Counted from the stretch's first letter, positions 17,942 through 29,173 are shown. The stretch: DNA of 64,000 bases from an uncultured Alphaproteobacteria bacterium (GCA_947053455.1 CAMRSV010000001.1:36937-100936), one strand, 5' to 3'. Made by a program: numbers and translations. Notes: generated by a model not told the origin, from the sequence alone.

Positions 17942-19694
17942 CGTGCATAAAATTCACAACAGCCGCATTTTTAATTGTGTCGTCATTATGCAGTTTTTTC
18001 AATCCGGAATTAAACCCCAGCCGCTTGCCACGTGTTGTCATTTCTTTTGCGGCCTTGATGTACATTTGCAATTTTTCAATGTCGTTAACATCACCATTTT
18101 CGTAATTATAAACTGCGTTTTCAAAATTTTTAGCAGCCTTGCGATAATTCTCGCGTGCTTTGTCCGGCATTTTACGCGACATATATATGTCACCCATCGC
18201 ACGACGCGCACATCCGGCGGTATAGTAAGATTCTGCCTTGACATCACGGTCCATCAACAGGCTTTTGTTCGCGTTCATTCGACTATTACATTTTACAACA
18301 ACATTTACCGCGTTTTGAAAACATTCAATATCATTGTTTTGTTCGCCCAATTTATTATACGCATCGGCAAGTTCACTATATGCCCCCATATTATCCGCAT
18401 CTATATTAATCGCCTGTTGAAACAGCTCTATTGCCCCTTTGAAATCCATTGATACAATCTTGGCGTTTCCCTGATTAAGAAGTGACATGGATTCTTCAAT
18501 ATTTTTTGCGAGCAAGTTATCTTTTATCGCTGTATGTGCAACAATTCCGCGATTTTTTACCACATCAAGTATTTTTAGTCCGGCATCAAACCCGGATAAA
18601 AATTTTTCAACAGTACCGTTAACGCTGGGGCGCGTCATCACATATTTTACGGTTTGCTCCCCCAAAAGGAAATGCCCGTTTCTATAAATATTATTTATAT
18701 CAACACTGGAAAACGCATCACGACGCATTTTCAACAAATCATTCGCCGTTATAATGCCGGCGGCATACGCCGCACATACCCAACGACGCTTTAACGTACC
18801 GTCGCGCCACCTAGATGGAATTTTACCCGCAGTAAACGCATCTGCAACTTCCTGAACTGTTTTAGCACTATCTAAACGCGCGGCAATGTGCACCATATCG
18901 GATGGTCGCTGATACCCGGCCAGCAACATCGCAATCGCATGCCGGTCCGTAATATTTTTACGATTCTTTACCGCCCTCACCAATGCAGGCATTGTGTCAA
19001 ATTCAAGATGACGGCGCACCTGCTCATAATTTTCATCCTTGTCACGAACGATTGTATCGTTATCACTCGGCGTTTGCTGCAATTTGCCGTTATTGTCATA
19101 AGAATATATCCACGTTGTCCCCAGCCCATAAGTATACCTAGATTCGCCGGCATATTTACGCGGTGTCGCACGATATGTTTCTAACTCGGTCAGTCCGACC
19201 GCAATATCAACCCAATAGGCATCTAACGACAAAACTGCACTATCAATAATTTCTTTGTCGGTGTCAGTATCATTAACAATTTCAATTTTTGCGATATTTG
19301 AATCATCACGGGCATCATCCATTAATCTGTTAGCCCCAATAACAATTCCAGACAACATCATGTAGTACGTAAGGTAAGACAATATCCACGGATTCTTTTG
19401 CATAAAATCAGAAAATTTGTCATCTGCGCGCTGTGCCTTGATTTCCGGCGTAAAGAGAGATTTATACCCATGTTCCATTGCGCGCAGCAATACATTGTTA
19501 ACAATTGCAATATCAAACGTTTTTACCATATATGAAAACAGAGACAGCAGAAAGTATCCACCAACCTTTGCGGTTTGCCCCAGTTTTGATTCTGGATATG
19601 TCTGAAGCAATTGTCGACGGATGTTATCAATTTTTCCCGCCGCCCAATCCGGACCACGCCCGATTTTTTCTGCAACTGTTTTTTTATTTGCCAT
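17925..19694 (-). CDS. TPR repeat-containing protein (589 aa)
   Basis: C-terminal third shows TPR-like repeats (AIELFQQAINIDADNMGAYSELADAYNKLGE...). The N-terminal part has no recognised family. Confidence 0.6.
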   Translation of the reverse strand: MANKKTVAEKIGRGPDWAAGKIDNIRRQLLQTYPESKLGQTAKVGGYFLLSLFSYMVKTFDIAIVNNVLLRAMEHGYKSLFTPEIKAQRADDKFSDFMQKNPWILSYLTYYMMLSGIVIGANRLMDDARDDSNIAKIEIVNDTDTDKEIIDSAVLSLDAYWVDIAVGLTELETYRATPRKYAGESRYTYGLGTTWIYSYDNNGKLQQTPSDNDTIVRDKDENYEQVRRHLEFDTMPALVRAVKNRKNITDRHAIAMLLAGYQRPSDMVHIAARLDSAKTVQEVADAFTAGKIPSRWRDGTLKRRWVCAAYAAGIITANDLLKMRRDAFSSVDINNIYRNGHFLLGEQTVKYVMTRPSVNGTVEKFLSGFDAGLKILDVVKNRGIVAHTAIKDNLLAKNIEESMSLLNQGNAKIVSMDFKGAIELFQQAINIDADNMGAYSELADAYNKLGEQNNDIECFQNAVNVVVKCNSRMNANKSLLMDRDVKAESYYTAGCARRAMGDIYMSRKMPDKARENYRKAAKNFENAVYNYENGDVNDIEKLQMYIKAAKEMTTRGKRLGFNSGLKKLHNDDTIKNAAVVNFMHGDYTA

Positions 19695-20072
19695 GTTTTA
19701 CATCCCTGCCGTTTTTGCCCAAGCCGGCCTTTTTTGCAATTGTCGAACGCCGGGCGGCATATGCAGGTGCGACAAATGGATAATTATCCGGCAGCCCCCA
19801 TTTTGCACGATACTGATCCGGCGACATACCAAATTTTCGCCGAATATAGCGCCGCAACATTATATGCCACGTGCCATCTTCTAAACATTGAATCTTATCA
19901 GAACGCACACTGTCTGCAATCTGTTTTGGCGTGGCACTAGCGCCACGCAAACTATCGCGGGCGGCGCGAACCGCTTCGTCCATAGATAGGGATGGGTTTG
20001 CCGCAATTGCCGCCGCCGCCAGATTCGCCACAGCCAGCGCAAATTCAGAATTTTTATCAGTATTTACCAATT
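19684..20072 (-). CDS. mucR: MucR/Ros family transcriptional regulator
   Basis: C-terminus ..MLRRYIRRKFGMSPDQYRAKWGLPDNYPFVAPAYAARRSTIAKKAGLG matches the Ros/MucR domain. The start is uncertain: the track ORF extends to 20220 but its N-terminus looks non-coding. Confidence 0.65.
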
Positions 20073-20145
20073 GCCAACACCTTATTTTTTTAATAGAATT
20101 ATTATACCATAAATAAAAAGCAAATAAAACAAAGTAAAACAGATT

Positions 20146-21426
20146 ATGAAAACCGATAACAGACCACTTGCCGACCAAATGCGCCCAAACACAATTGACG
20201 ATATTGTGGGTCAACGTCAATTGCTTGGGGAAAACGGCCTGGTACGAAGAATGGTTGAAAATGGTAAATTATCAAACCTGATTTTATGGGGGCCGCCGGG
20301 ATGCGGCAAGACAACAATCGCACGCGCATTGGCAAATTCAGTTGATATGGATTTTGTACCGATGTCGGCAGTTTTTGCCGGAACGGCAGACATAAAAAAA
20401 ACGATGGAGGCCGCAAAACTGCGGCGCGACATCGGACGCAATACGTTGTTGTTCATAGACGAAATACATAGATTTAACAAAACACAGCAGGACACCCTTC
20501 TCCCCTATCTAGAGGATGGAACCGTAGTCTTTATGGGTGCGACAACCGAAAATCCCAGTTTTAATTTGAATAACGCGCTGCTTTCGCGCTGTCATGTTGG
20601 CGTATTACAACCACTAGATACAGAAGATTTGGCCACCCTAATGACACGTGCCGAAGATTTTATGAAACAAAAACTTCCACTGGACGCACCGGCAAGAATT
20701 CATATTGCCGAAATGGCCGATGGGGATGCAAGGTTCTTGCTAAACACAGTGGAATATTTAATCAATGCAAACTTTAAACGCACACTGTCGCCAGATGAAC
20801 TGGACAAAGCCGTGCAAAAGCGCGCGCCGATGTCCGACAAATCCGGTGACGAACACTATAACTTGATTTCCGCCGTACACAAATCACTGCGCGCATCGGA
20901 TACAGACGCGGCATTATATTGGACGGGTCGCATGATGACATCCGGCCAAGACCCAATGTATTTATTTCGGCGACTTACACGATTTGCAATGGAAGATGTT
21001 GGCCTGGCCGATCCGAACGCATTGCAAATTGCGATAAGCGCATGGCAGGCATATGAACGCATGGGTAGTCCAGAGGGCGATTTGGCCCTGACACAACTTG
21101 TAATATATCTGGGAACTGCCCCAAAAAGTACCGCAAATTACCGTGCACAAAAGGCAGCCTATGCCGCCGCCCGCGAGAATGGCAGTTTAATGCCGCCCAA
21201 AAATATTTTGAACGCACCAACAAAAATGATGAAGGAACTTGGCTACGGCTCTGGGTATGTTTATGAACCTGATACGGCGTCGGGTTTTTCAGGTCAAAAC
21301 TGTTTTCCAGAATCCATGAAGCGACAAAAATTTTATGTTCCGATTGAACGCGGATTTGAACGCGAAATAAAAAAGCGTGTTGAATACTGGGACGGGCTGC
21401 GTGAAAAACTAAATTCAAAAAAATAA
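20146..21426 (+). CDS. rarA: replication-associated recombination protein A (AAA+ ATPase)
   Basis: Walker A GPPGCGKTT plus conserved RarA/MgsA C-terminal domain; 426 aa. Confidence 0.9.
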   Translation: MKTDNRPLADQMRPNTIDDIVGQRQLLGENGLVRRMVENGKLSNLILWGPPGCGKTTIARALANSVDMDFVPMSAVFAGTADIKKTMEAAKLRRDIGRNTLLFIDEIHRFNKTQQDTLLPYLEDGTVVFMGATTENPSFNLNNALLSRCHVGVLQPLDTEDLATLMTRAEDFMKQKLPLDAPARIHIAEMADGDARFLLNTVEYLINANFKRTLSPDELDKAVQKRAPMSDKSGDEHYNLISAVHKSLRASDTDAALYWTGRMMTSGQDPMYLFRRLTRFAMEDVGLADPNALQIAISAWQAYERMGSPEGDLALTQLVIYLGTAPKSTANYRAQKAAYAAARENGSLMPPKNILNAPTKMMKELGYGSGYVYEPDTASGFSGQNCFPESMKRQKFYVPIERGFEREIKKRVEYWDGLREKLNSKK

Positions 21427-21430
21427 TAAC

Positions 21431-22399
21431 TTACAAAGTGCGCGCAAGTGCCACAGACAATTCATTTAACATGTTCTTTACATTTGAAAAATTGTCGGTA
21501 TTGGAACATGTGCACCCAACATTTGCGCGATTAATTAATCCGGTCAATGTACGCCCAGGCCCAAGTTCATATGCACGCGTAATATTATAACTTGGAAATT
21601 TTTCCATTATCTCTGCCCAACGAACACCGTGCGTCATTTGGTCCGCCAATGCATCTTTGATATCCATTGGATTTGACATCACATTTCCGGTTTGATTTGA
21701 AAACCAGTTTGTTTTCGGCGGAATAATTTCTATTTCTTCCAAATGTTTTCTTAATAATTTTTCCGCGCCACTCATCAATGCGCAATGTGCCGGCACAGAA
21801 ATATTCAGGCGTTTCGCCACACGCGCCCCGTTGTGACGCGCCGCCGCCAACACCGCATCAAGCGCTTCATTTTGACCGCTTATTATAAATTGGTCACGAG
21901 CATTGTGATTTGCGATTTCAACGTAACCGTGCCCGACAGAGGCAAGCAATACTTTCTCTAGCCTCCCCTGGTCCAATCCAACAATTGCGCCCATTCCACC
22001 GCCATCCTTGTTTGTCATTGACATATATGTTGAACGCGCAGCCAATACATTAATTGCATCTTTTATTTTCATACTATCTATGCAGTACAGCGCAGAGTAC
22101 TGACCCATTGAATGTCCTGACATGGCATATGCAATTTTATACAACGGCATTGCAAATTCCGTTTCTATTATTCTGGCAATCGCAATAGAATGTGCAAACG
22201 TCGCCAATGACGTGTTTGCCGCCGTTGATAATTTATGTGCAGGTCCGTTAAAGCACATTTCGGCAATATTACAACCGGTGATTGATTCAATTTCATCAAA
22301 TGTATAACGAACAACAGCAAATTCCTTAAAAATATCTTTTGCCATTCCAATATACTGGGCACCCTGTCCGGGAAAAACAAATATTATTTTTTCTTTCAT
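21431..22399 (-). CDS. fabD: malonyl CoA-ACP transacylase
   Basis: GHSMGQYSA active-site motif. Likely start MKEKIIFVFPGQGAQ. Confidence 0.88.
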   Translation of the reverse strand: MKEKIIFVFPGQGAQYIGMAKDIFKEFAVVRYTFDEIESITGCNIAEMCFNGPAHKLSTAANTSLATFAHSIAIARIIETEFAMPLYKIAYAMSGHSMGQYSALYCIDSMKIKDAINVLAARSTYMSMTNKDGGGMGAIVGLDQGRLEKVLLASVGHGYVEIANHNARDQFIISGQNEALDAVLAAARHNGARVAKRLNISVPAHCALMSGAEKLLRKHLEEIEIIPPKTNWFSNQTGNVMSNPMDIKDALADQMTHGVRWAEIMEKFPSYNITRAYELGPGRTLTGLINRANVGCTCSNTDNFSNVKNMLNELSVALARTL

Positions 22400-22483
22400 A
22401 ACACCAGTTATGGCACAAATGCAATATTTTGTCAATAAATATTATATAAAATTATCCCGCATATAATGGGTGCGGGATTTTCA

Positions 22484-23203
22484 TTAAAACAAAATATTGA
22501 CCTTAACACCCGCCTGCACATCATCACTTTCAAATTCATAATCTATGTGCCCAATGTACTGTGTGCGGCCATATTGGCGAACGACCTTCCCGCCCAACCA
22601 TTCTTGGTCATAGTCTGGATTGGTCGCCTTGCGCCATGTAAAGTTCGCGCCCAATCTCCAATCGGGGGCAATGCGGAAATATGCCTCTGGCATAAAATCT
22701 ATGTATGCCATACCGCGCTTATCATCAAATATCCAGTTTGACTTTATAGTAGCAGCCAAAGTCATACCCGTCCATTGACGGCCAAAACGCAGACCCGCAT
22801 AATATGTTGAATTGGCAAAATACGGTGTGCGCACATGCGAAGAACCACCGATTTTCACACCAATCATAACATCCGATATTATACGTTCCGAATTATCCAC
22901 CGCGGTCGCCATACGATACGTCGCCCCTAAATCAACAGCGGAAAATCCATTTTCGTCATCTTTAAAATCTTCTTGGTAATGAATATTGGCACCGATACTT
23001 AATCTATCGTTTAGGCCATATGACAAAACTTGGCCAAAGCGTAATATATGATTCCAATAAACCAGACTGGTTTGTGACAATATCGCGTTATCTTGCAGAA
23101 TATACAGCGGATCGGCCGTATCACGCGCCAACAAATCGTCAGCCCGCGCTGCGCCGCACATGCACATTGCTAATATTAAAACCGATAAAAATTTATACTT
23201 CAT
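22484..23203 (-). CDS. outer membrane beta-barrel protein (239 aa)
   Basis: Signal peptide, alternating amphipathic strands, and C-terminal ..VKVNILF. Confidence 0.6.
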   Translation of the reverse strand: MKYKFLSVLILAMCMCGAARADDLLARDTADPLYILQDNAILSQTSLVYWNHILRFGQVLSYGLNDRLSIGANIHYQEDFKDDENGFSAVDLGATYRMATAVDNSERIISDVMIGVKIGGSSHVRTPYFANSTYYAGLRFGRQWTGMTLAATIKSNWIFDDKRGMAYIDFMPEAYFRIAPDWRLGANFTWRKATNPDYDQEWLGGKVVRQYGRTQYIGHIDYEFESDDVQAGVKVNILF

Positions 23204-23283
23204 AATAACACACCCCGTTTGTTATATAAATACTGCACACACATGCGCGCCGATGCGGCGCGCATGTGCCGACACAATTGCGG

Positions 23284-24540
23284 TTAGAAATAAAATATAG
23301 CCTGCAAACCAACCGACGTTTCCGCATAATCCTTTAATTTTACAGAACCGATATCGGTCAGGCTGTTAAATCCGACGGCCGGTTCCATGAAATATAACGA
23401 TAGATGCTTGTCATTTGCGCTGTCGTAAAACGCCGTTTTCGCATACAAGTTCAATGCAAACCAATCGTTCGGCTGCCATCCGATTGCACCACGAACTGAT
23501 GCCTGGTTGTGCCAATCATAGTATCCGAACACACCTTCCAGATTAAGCGTCCAGTCTTCATCTAAAACCGTAAATACACCGGCACCACCTTCTGCATAAA
23601 ATATATTGTCATCTATATTTGTCTGGTACGCGATATAAGTCATAGCATAGTTGTTTTTATCTTTGTTTTCGACGGTGTTTCCATATGTATTGCCATCAAA
23701 ATTCACATACCAACCACGCGCCAGACCATATATGGTTGACGAACCAACTTTATAACCGCCCTTTAATTCCAGAATGAAATTATTCGCGATATCCTTTTGG
23801 TGCTGGAAATATCCAGAAACATTGGCAATCCATTTATCATTGTCGACAAAACGCCAACGCGCCCCTATTCCGTACAAGTTCAAATCGTTATTGTCATCCT
23901 TGTCGTTGGGAATTAATGGATCGTCCCACTTGAATTTGTATTCCGAAAAATCATAGCGTAACATCGCCATAAGTGCGATTGTATCCGTTATACCATAACT
24001 AAAATCTTCCTGAATAGAAAACTGATCCATGTTCCATTTTGCATTAAGTCCGTCAAGCAGCAACTTATTGCTAACCGCGTCCGGCACGGTCTGGTGTATA
24101 TTAAATTTGTAAGAATTTGTTAAATATGAAAAATCCGTAACAGAGCCAAACTTTCCTTGCAACGGTTGAAAGAACGGATGCGCCAGATAATATTTGCGTT
24201 TCATTTCACGCCGAACCGTTTCCGCGCGGGACGTGCGAACCGTCGTTTGTGTAGTGGTCATTGTTGATGATGTACGTGTGGCATCATAATCCTTGTACAA
24301 TGCACTGCGATTGCGTGGCGCGGTATAATATATGTTTTTACCATCACCGGCGTTATAGGTGCGATTCATTGTACGCGTTTCATATTTTTGATAATTTACG
24401 TTTTCACGCGTGCGTGTTGCCGGCATTCCGGTAAGATCCGCACTGGACGCAGCGCGAGTTCCACCATTAGGCGCCGCCAAAACAGGCGACATACCAAACA
24501 ACGCCACCGCCCAAACAAACAAAGACATCTGTTTTTTCAT
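23284..24540 (-). CDS. outer membrane beta-barrel protein (418 aa)
   Basis: Signal peptide MKKQMSLFVWAVALFGMSPVLA, aromatic-rich strands, and C-terminal ..LQAIFYF. Confidence 0.6.
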   Translation of the reverse strand: MKKQMSLFVWAVALFGMSPVLAAPNGGTRAASSADLTGMPATRTRENVNYQKYETRTMNRTYNAGDGKNIYYTAPRNRSALYKDYDATRTSSTMTTTQTTVRTSRAETVRREMKRKYYLAHPFFQPLQGKFGSVTDFSYLTNSYKFNIHQTVPDAVSNKLLLDGLNAKWNMDQFSIQEDFSYGITDTIALMAMLRYDFSEYKFKWDDPLIPNDKDDNNDLNLYGIGARWRFVDNDKWIANVSGYFQHQKDIANNFILELKGGYKVGSSTIYGLARGWYVNFDGNTYGNTVENKDKNNYAMTYIAYQTNIDDNIFYAEGGAGVFTVLDEDWTLNLEGVFGYYDWHNQASVRGAIGWQPNDWFALNLYAKTAFYDSANDKHLSLYFMEPAVGFNSLTDIGSVKLKDYAETSVGLQAIFYF

Positions 24541-24611
24541 GATATAAATTCTCCTTGAATATAAATATTATATCACAAATCGGAATTACAAAAAAGCATT
24601 AAAATATAAGA

Positions 24612-24640
24612 AAAAAGGCCGGCATTTGCCGGTCTTTTTA
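24612..24640. terminator. bidirectional terminator (CCGGCA-TTTGCCGG hairpin)
   Basis: AAAAAAGGCCGGCATTTGCCGGTCTTTTT. Confidence 0.75.
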
Positions 24641-26887
24641 CAATATATGTCGTTTATTGTTTGCATCGGGCGGACTGACAATTCCTTCCTGCTCCATACG
24701 TTCCATAAATCCTGCGGCCTTGTTATACCCTACCTGCAGTCTGCGCTGTATATATGAAATCGTCGGTTTTTTATCACGCAACACACATTCCTTTGCCTGT
24801 GTATAAAGGTCTGCGTCCTTTTCCGCCTTGCCGGGAACCGCCGGCGGCATTCCAGGTATTGCGGCGTCATCTGCATCATCAACAATTCCCGCGACATATT
24901 CCGGTTCGCCCTGCGCTTTCAAGAAATCTGCAATCTGGTTTATTTCCGTGTTTTCTATAAATGCGCCATGAATACGCACAGGTACACGGCCGGCCTCGCT
25001 AAACAACATGTCACCACACGCCAACAGATTTTCGGCACCCTTTTCACCCAATGTGGTCATAGAATCGATATTGCTTCGCGCCTGGAATGAGATGCGCGTC
25101 GGGAAATTCGCCTTGATAACGCCGGTAATTGTCGTCGCATCCGGACGCTGGGTCGCCATAACCAGATGAATTCCGGCCGCGCGCGCCTTCTGCGCCAAGC
25201 GCTGCACACAAAGTTCTACATCCTTGCGCGCAATTGTCATAAGGTCGGCAACCTCGTCTATGATGATAACCAAATACGGCATATCAGACATGTCGATTTC
25301 TTGAGTTTCGAATTCCAATTCGCCGGTTTCCGGATCTGTTCCAACCGCCACCTGGCGTGTCAAGACTTCACCCGCCGCCCTCTTTTTTGCAATCGCTTCG
25401 TTATATCCCTCAATATTCTGAACCCCCAGCATCTGCAGACGCTTATAGCGTTCCTCCATCTCGCGAACAGACCATTTAAGACCGTTTACCGCCTCGTTTG
25501 CATCCTTCATAACAGGCGTAATCAAATGCGGAATATCATCCCAAAGCGTAAAGTCAACCCCCTTTGGGTCAACAATCATAAGTTTGCATTTGTCCGGTGT
25601 AAAATGATACAAAATCGACATTATTATTGATTGAACAAACACCGACTTACCCGAGCCTGTACGCCCTGCAATCAGAACGTGCGGCATTTTGGCCAAATCA
25701 AAGTACATGGGATTGCCGCCTATATCCACCCCCAGCGCCAACGGAATCTTATATTTACTGTTAACGAACAACTGATTATCGACAAGCGACTGCATGCGAA
25801 CAGTCTGCCGGTTCAGGTTAACCATTTCGACACCAATAAGTTCGGTTCGCGGTATATGCGCAATACGGATATTTTCCGTTGCCATGGCACGCGTCATATC
25901 CTTGACTGTTTTACTAATGTCCACCATGCGTACCCCGCTTTCAGGCATAAATTCGTAAAGCGTTACAATCGGCCCTGGTCGTATTCCAACCACGCGTCCA
26001 CGAACACCGTATTCAGCAAAATGAACTTCCATTGCGGCGGCATTACGTTTTAATTCAGGTGTTACAATATTCTTTCCAAAATTAGAACGCTCCAAAAAGC
26101 GCGGATCTGGTAACTCATAATCATGCCCCTCTTCATTTGCACGCCCGCGACGTGATGCGCGACGCGCAGTGCTGCGCGCTTGACGACGCATGGTACGTTT
26201 AGGTGCGACAACCTCATCAGCATCTTCGTCCTCGTCTTCATCTGCTTCTTGTGCATCATACTCTTCATCAGACTCTTCATAATCACCGGTATTTGCCGGG
26301 GAAACCAAGTGAAATACGGACAAAACCCACCGGCCAGACCGATAAATCATTTTTACCGCAGACATTATATTGACCCATCTTATATTAAGCAGCATCGCCC
26401 CCAGCAATAAAAACACCGCAAGCGCAAGAAAGCCAACCACAATTCCCCATGCCCCCAGCAATCTTGATACGTCCGCCCCAGCAATTGCGCCGATAAGACC
26501 ACCATATGTTCCCATGGGGGCAATTATGCCAAATCCGGCAGCCCCAGAAAATGTTGCGATAAAGCCGCGCAACAAATCATATTCAGGCGCCAAACCCAGC
26601 CCCCCTCCAATCATAAGAATAAGGCCAGTGCGCATGATACATAGCAGCACAAACAAACTTGGGACAAAACCAATAAAATATCTTACGGCACCAACAATGT
26701 TTCCCATCAATGACTGCACCCCAAATGTACCGGCGGCTGCAAAACCATCAAGATACGGGTTATGAAAAAATAATGTTACAGTTGCCCAAATTCCCAGCGC
26801 CAGTATCACAACACCCAGCACCCTGGCAATTACACTTTTTAATGCCCCTGATACGCTGTCCGGTAAAAATTTCGATTTCCTTTCCAT
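24638..26887 (-). CDS. ftsK: DNA translocase FtsK
   Basis: N-terminal TM segments, Walker A GRTGSGKSV, and a C-terminal gamma winged-helix domain (..ISYIQRRLQVGYNKAAGFMERME..). Confidence 0.92.
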   Translation of the reverse strand: MERKSKFLPDSVSGALKSVIARVLGVVILALGIWATVTLFFHNPYLDGFAAAGTFGVQSLMGNIVGAVRYFIGFVPSLFVLLCIMRTGLILMIGGGLGLAPEYDLLRGFIATFSGAAGFGIIAPMGTYGGLIGAIAGADVSRLLGAWGIVVGFLALAVFLLLGAMLLNIRWVNIMSAVKMIYRSGRWVLSVFHLVSPANTGDYEESDEEYDAQEADEDEDEDADEVVAPKRTMRRQARSTARRASRRGRANEEGHDYELPDPRFLERSNFGKNIVTPELKRNAAAMEVHFAEYGVRGRVVGIRPGPIVTLYEFMPESGVRMVDISKTVKDMTRAMATENIRIAHIPRTELIGVEMVNLNRQTVRMQSLVDNQLFVNSKYKIPLALGVDIGGNPMYFDLAKMPHVLIAGRTGSGKSVFVQSIIMSILYHFTPDKCKLMIVDPKGVDFTLWDDIPHLITPVMKDANEAVNGLKWSVREMEERYKRLQMLGVQNIEGYNEAIAKKRAAGEVLTRQVAVGTDPETGELEFETQEIDMSDMPYLVIIIDEVADLMTIARKDVELCVQRLAQKARAAGIHLVMATQRPDATTITGVIKANFPTRISFQARSNIDSMTTLGEKGAENLLACGDMLFSEAGRVPVRIHGAFIENTEINQIADFLKAQGEPEYVAGIVDDADDAAIPGMPPAVPGKAEKDADLYTQAKECVLRDKKPTISYIQRRLQVGYNKAAGFMERMEQEGIVSPPDANNKRHIL

Positions 26888-26942
26888 CTTTTATCCCCCG
26901 ATATCCCAGGTATGTCCCATAAATGCCACGATTCGACAAATT

Positions 26943-27626
26943 CTAAATACGGGAACATATTGCCGATTTCGCAAAGTCTGCAAACACCATTCCGACAAAG
27001 GCGCCCAGCAAAATATCCGTGGGCCAATGCGCGCCCGCACACACCCTTGACGCCCCAACAACAATCGCCAGCGACCATGTAAGCCACTTATATTTTGGCG
27101 CCAACAATCCTATCATTACAAGCCCGGCAAAAGACACCGCCGTATGACCAGATGGCATTGAATTAAACGCCCATTCTGTCGATGGCGGATAGAATCCTGT
27201 CATATTTAAAGCCTCAAAAAATATCGGTCGCGCCCGGCCAATAAACGTTTTTAACAACTTTACCGCAACGCCGGTTCCAAAAACGGAGCAAAATATAAAA
27301 AACGCATAACTAGTCTTTGTTTTTTCTACAAAATCCAGAAAACGAGCCTTTATATTAAACCATTTTGTACGTTTTATAACCGAATCAGTTGTATTTACTG
27401 TTTTTTTTACATAAACTACAAAGGTTGCCACGCCGGCCAAAATAATCCAATTTTTCCAATCAAAAACAATATTTATTGCATTTGCCCACAACCCGTCAAA
27501 ATTACGCAAGAACAAAAATAGCGGCTTGTCATACCAAAAAATACCGGTCAATACTAATACCAGTGTTACAACTGACGCTATCAGTAACCATTTCCACTTT
27601 ATTTTATTTTCATTTGTTAAAAACAT
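26943..27626 (-). CDS. PAP2-family phosphatase (phosphatidic acid phosphatase type 2)
   Basis: Motifs KxxxGRARP, PSGH and SRVCAGAHWPTD. Confidence 0.8.
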   Translation of the reverse strand: MFLTNENKIKWKWLLIASVVTLVLVLTGIFWYDKPLFLFLRNFDGLWANAINIVFDWKNWIILAGVATFVVYVKKTVNTTDSVIKRTKWFNIKARFLDFVEKTKTSYAFFIFCSVFGTGVAVKLLKTFIGRARPIFFEALNMTGFYPPSTEWAFNSMPSGHTAVSFAGLVMIGLLAPKYKWLTWSLAIVVGASRVCAGAHWPTDILLGAFVGMVFADFAKSAICSRI

Positions 27627-27635
27627 TTCCCTGCC

Positions 27636-29144
27636 TCACTGCGCAATCAAATTGTTATAGACCTTTTTATCAGTCAATATTTTTGCAGCCACCGCAGCGG
27701 ATAACGCATCTTCGTCCGTACCGCTGGATATAACTGGACATCCGCGCCGTATCGTGTCGGCCGGAATATCTGTCTGCTTATTAAAATCCTGGGCGTTAAA
27801 ATCATTATTTATAACATTTAAAAAGAACGCATTCTGCTGCGACGCTGACCTGATATTCGACAGACATACAATTGGAAACACACCGCGTCCATCAATTTCG
27901 CGCCCGGAACCCGTTTTTATGGATCGATTTAACAATTCCAATGCGGCACCTGAATCCAAATCAATACGGGTTGCAATTCTTGCCGCGCCACGCGTAGGCG
28001 TACCAACCAGTACTCCGCGTGCATTTTCATAGAATGCGGCAACCACAGCTTCGGCTGTGCCGCGTGTTTGATCGGACATCAATACAACAACCGGTGCTTT
28101 TGTCACCGCATTGCCACCGGGCACAACCTCCACTTCTTCTAGGGCAGTCTGTGCAATACGCATAACCGGCGTTTGCCCAATAAATAGCCCTGCTAGTTTC
28201 GCCGCCGCACGTTCATCATTACCACCACTGCTGCGCATATCCAAAATTATACCGGCCGCGTCGCCGTACTTGCCAAGAGCTTCGCTTACAATTGAAACTG
28301 AATTATCAGTTATATTATGAATAACAATTTCTAAAATATCACCTGAATTGTTGCCCGAACGGTGAACAACATCGGCATCTGCAACAACGACGGTTGCACG
28401 GCGCAAAACCACATCACGGTTACCAGATGGCGACAACAGTTTGATTTTTGCGGTTCCAGAATTAAATCCGTCAAACGCCGCCGCCAAATCTGCGTCATCC
28501 ATATCAGATGTTGCGCGACCGTTTATCCCCACTATCAAATCACCCGCCGAAACACCGGCCGCATCTGCGGGCGAACCTTTAAATACGCCATTTACACGGA
28601 AATTTCCACGCGAATCACGCGCACCCGTTAACCCAACCGTGGTCAGCATTCGATTATCTTCCATAACTTGTGCCGCATGCGACGGTATATAGCGCCCATT
28701 TTCATCAATTCCACGGGTAAGTGTTTCAACAACTTTTTTATATAAATCTGTCGGGGTTGCACGACGCAATGCGTCGTCGCGCGCGCGCAACTGTAAAACA
28801 AGTGCCGTTGTTATTTCGCCAAATCCGTTCCAGTCACGAGCCGCCGGTCGCGGAAAATTTGCCACAATCGCATCGTCCCATACCAATACAACACGTTCAT
28901 CCGTTGCCGCGATGTGCGCATGCGGATTTAATTTTTCCAGGCTTTCAACCGCAACATTTATGTTACGCCCCCCCCAACGCACCCCATCCAATTTTTCATA
29001 TATATCGGCAAATGTCTTGGATGCGTCAATTACATTGATACCATTTTGCACGGGTTCATCTTCGAAAAACAGACTGTCTGCCGATGCAGCCACGGGCACC
29101 GCCATGGCCAGAAACATCAGCAAAATAATTTTATTCAAATTCAT
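27636..29144 (-). CDS. ctpA: C-terminal processing (S41) peptidase with PDZ domain
   Basis: Signal peptide MNLNKIILLMFLAMAVPVAASA and PDZ segment (GSPADAAGVSAGDLIVGING) within an S41-like body. Confidence 0.75.
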   Translation of the reverse strand: MNLNKIILLMFLAMAVPVAASADSLFFEDEPVQNGINVIDASKTFADIYEKLDGVRWGGRNINVAVESLEKLNPHAHIAATDERVVLVWDDAIVANFPRPAARDWNGFGEITTALVLQLRARDDALRRATPTDLYKKVVETLTRGIDENGRYIPSHAAQVMEDNRMLTTVGLTGARDSRGNFRVNGVFKGSPADAAGVSAGDLIVGINGRATSDMDDADLAAAFDGFNSGTAKIKLLSPSGNRDVVLRRATVVVADADVVHRSGNNSGDILEIVIHNITDNSVSIVSEALGKYGDAAGIILDMRSSGGNDERAAAKLAGLFIGQTPVMRIAQTALEEVEVVPGGNAVTKAPVVVLMSDQTRGTAEAVVAAFYENARGVLVGTPTRGAARIATRIDLDSGAALELLNRSIKTGSGREIDGRGVFPIVCLSNIRSASQQNAFFLNVINNDFNAQDFNKQTDIPADTIRRGCPVISSGTDEDALSAAVAAKILTDKKVYNNLIAQ

Positions 29145-29173
29145 CGTATCTGCTTCCTCCCCCGGGCTGAATC

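Noticed and set aside
25166-26053. 154-aa and 140-aa + strand ORFs
   Set aside because: Antisense to ftsK, which has Walker A and the gamma domain.
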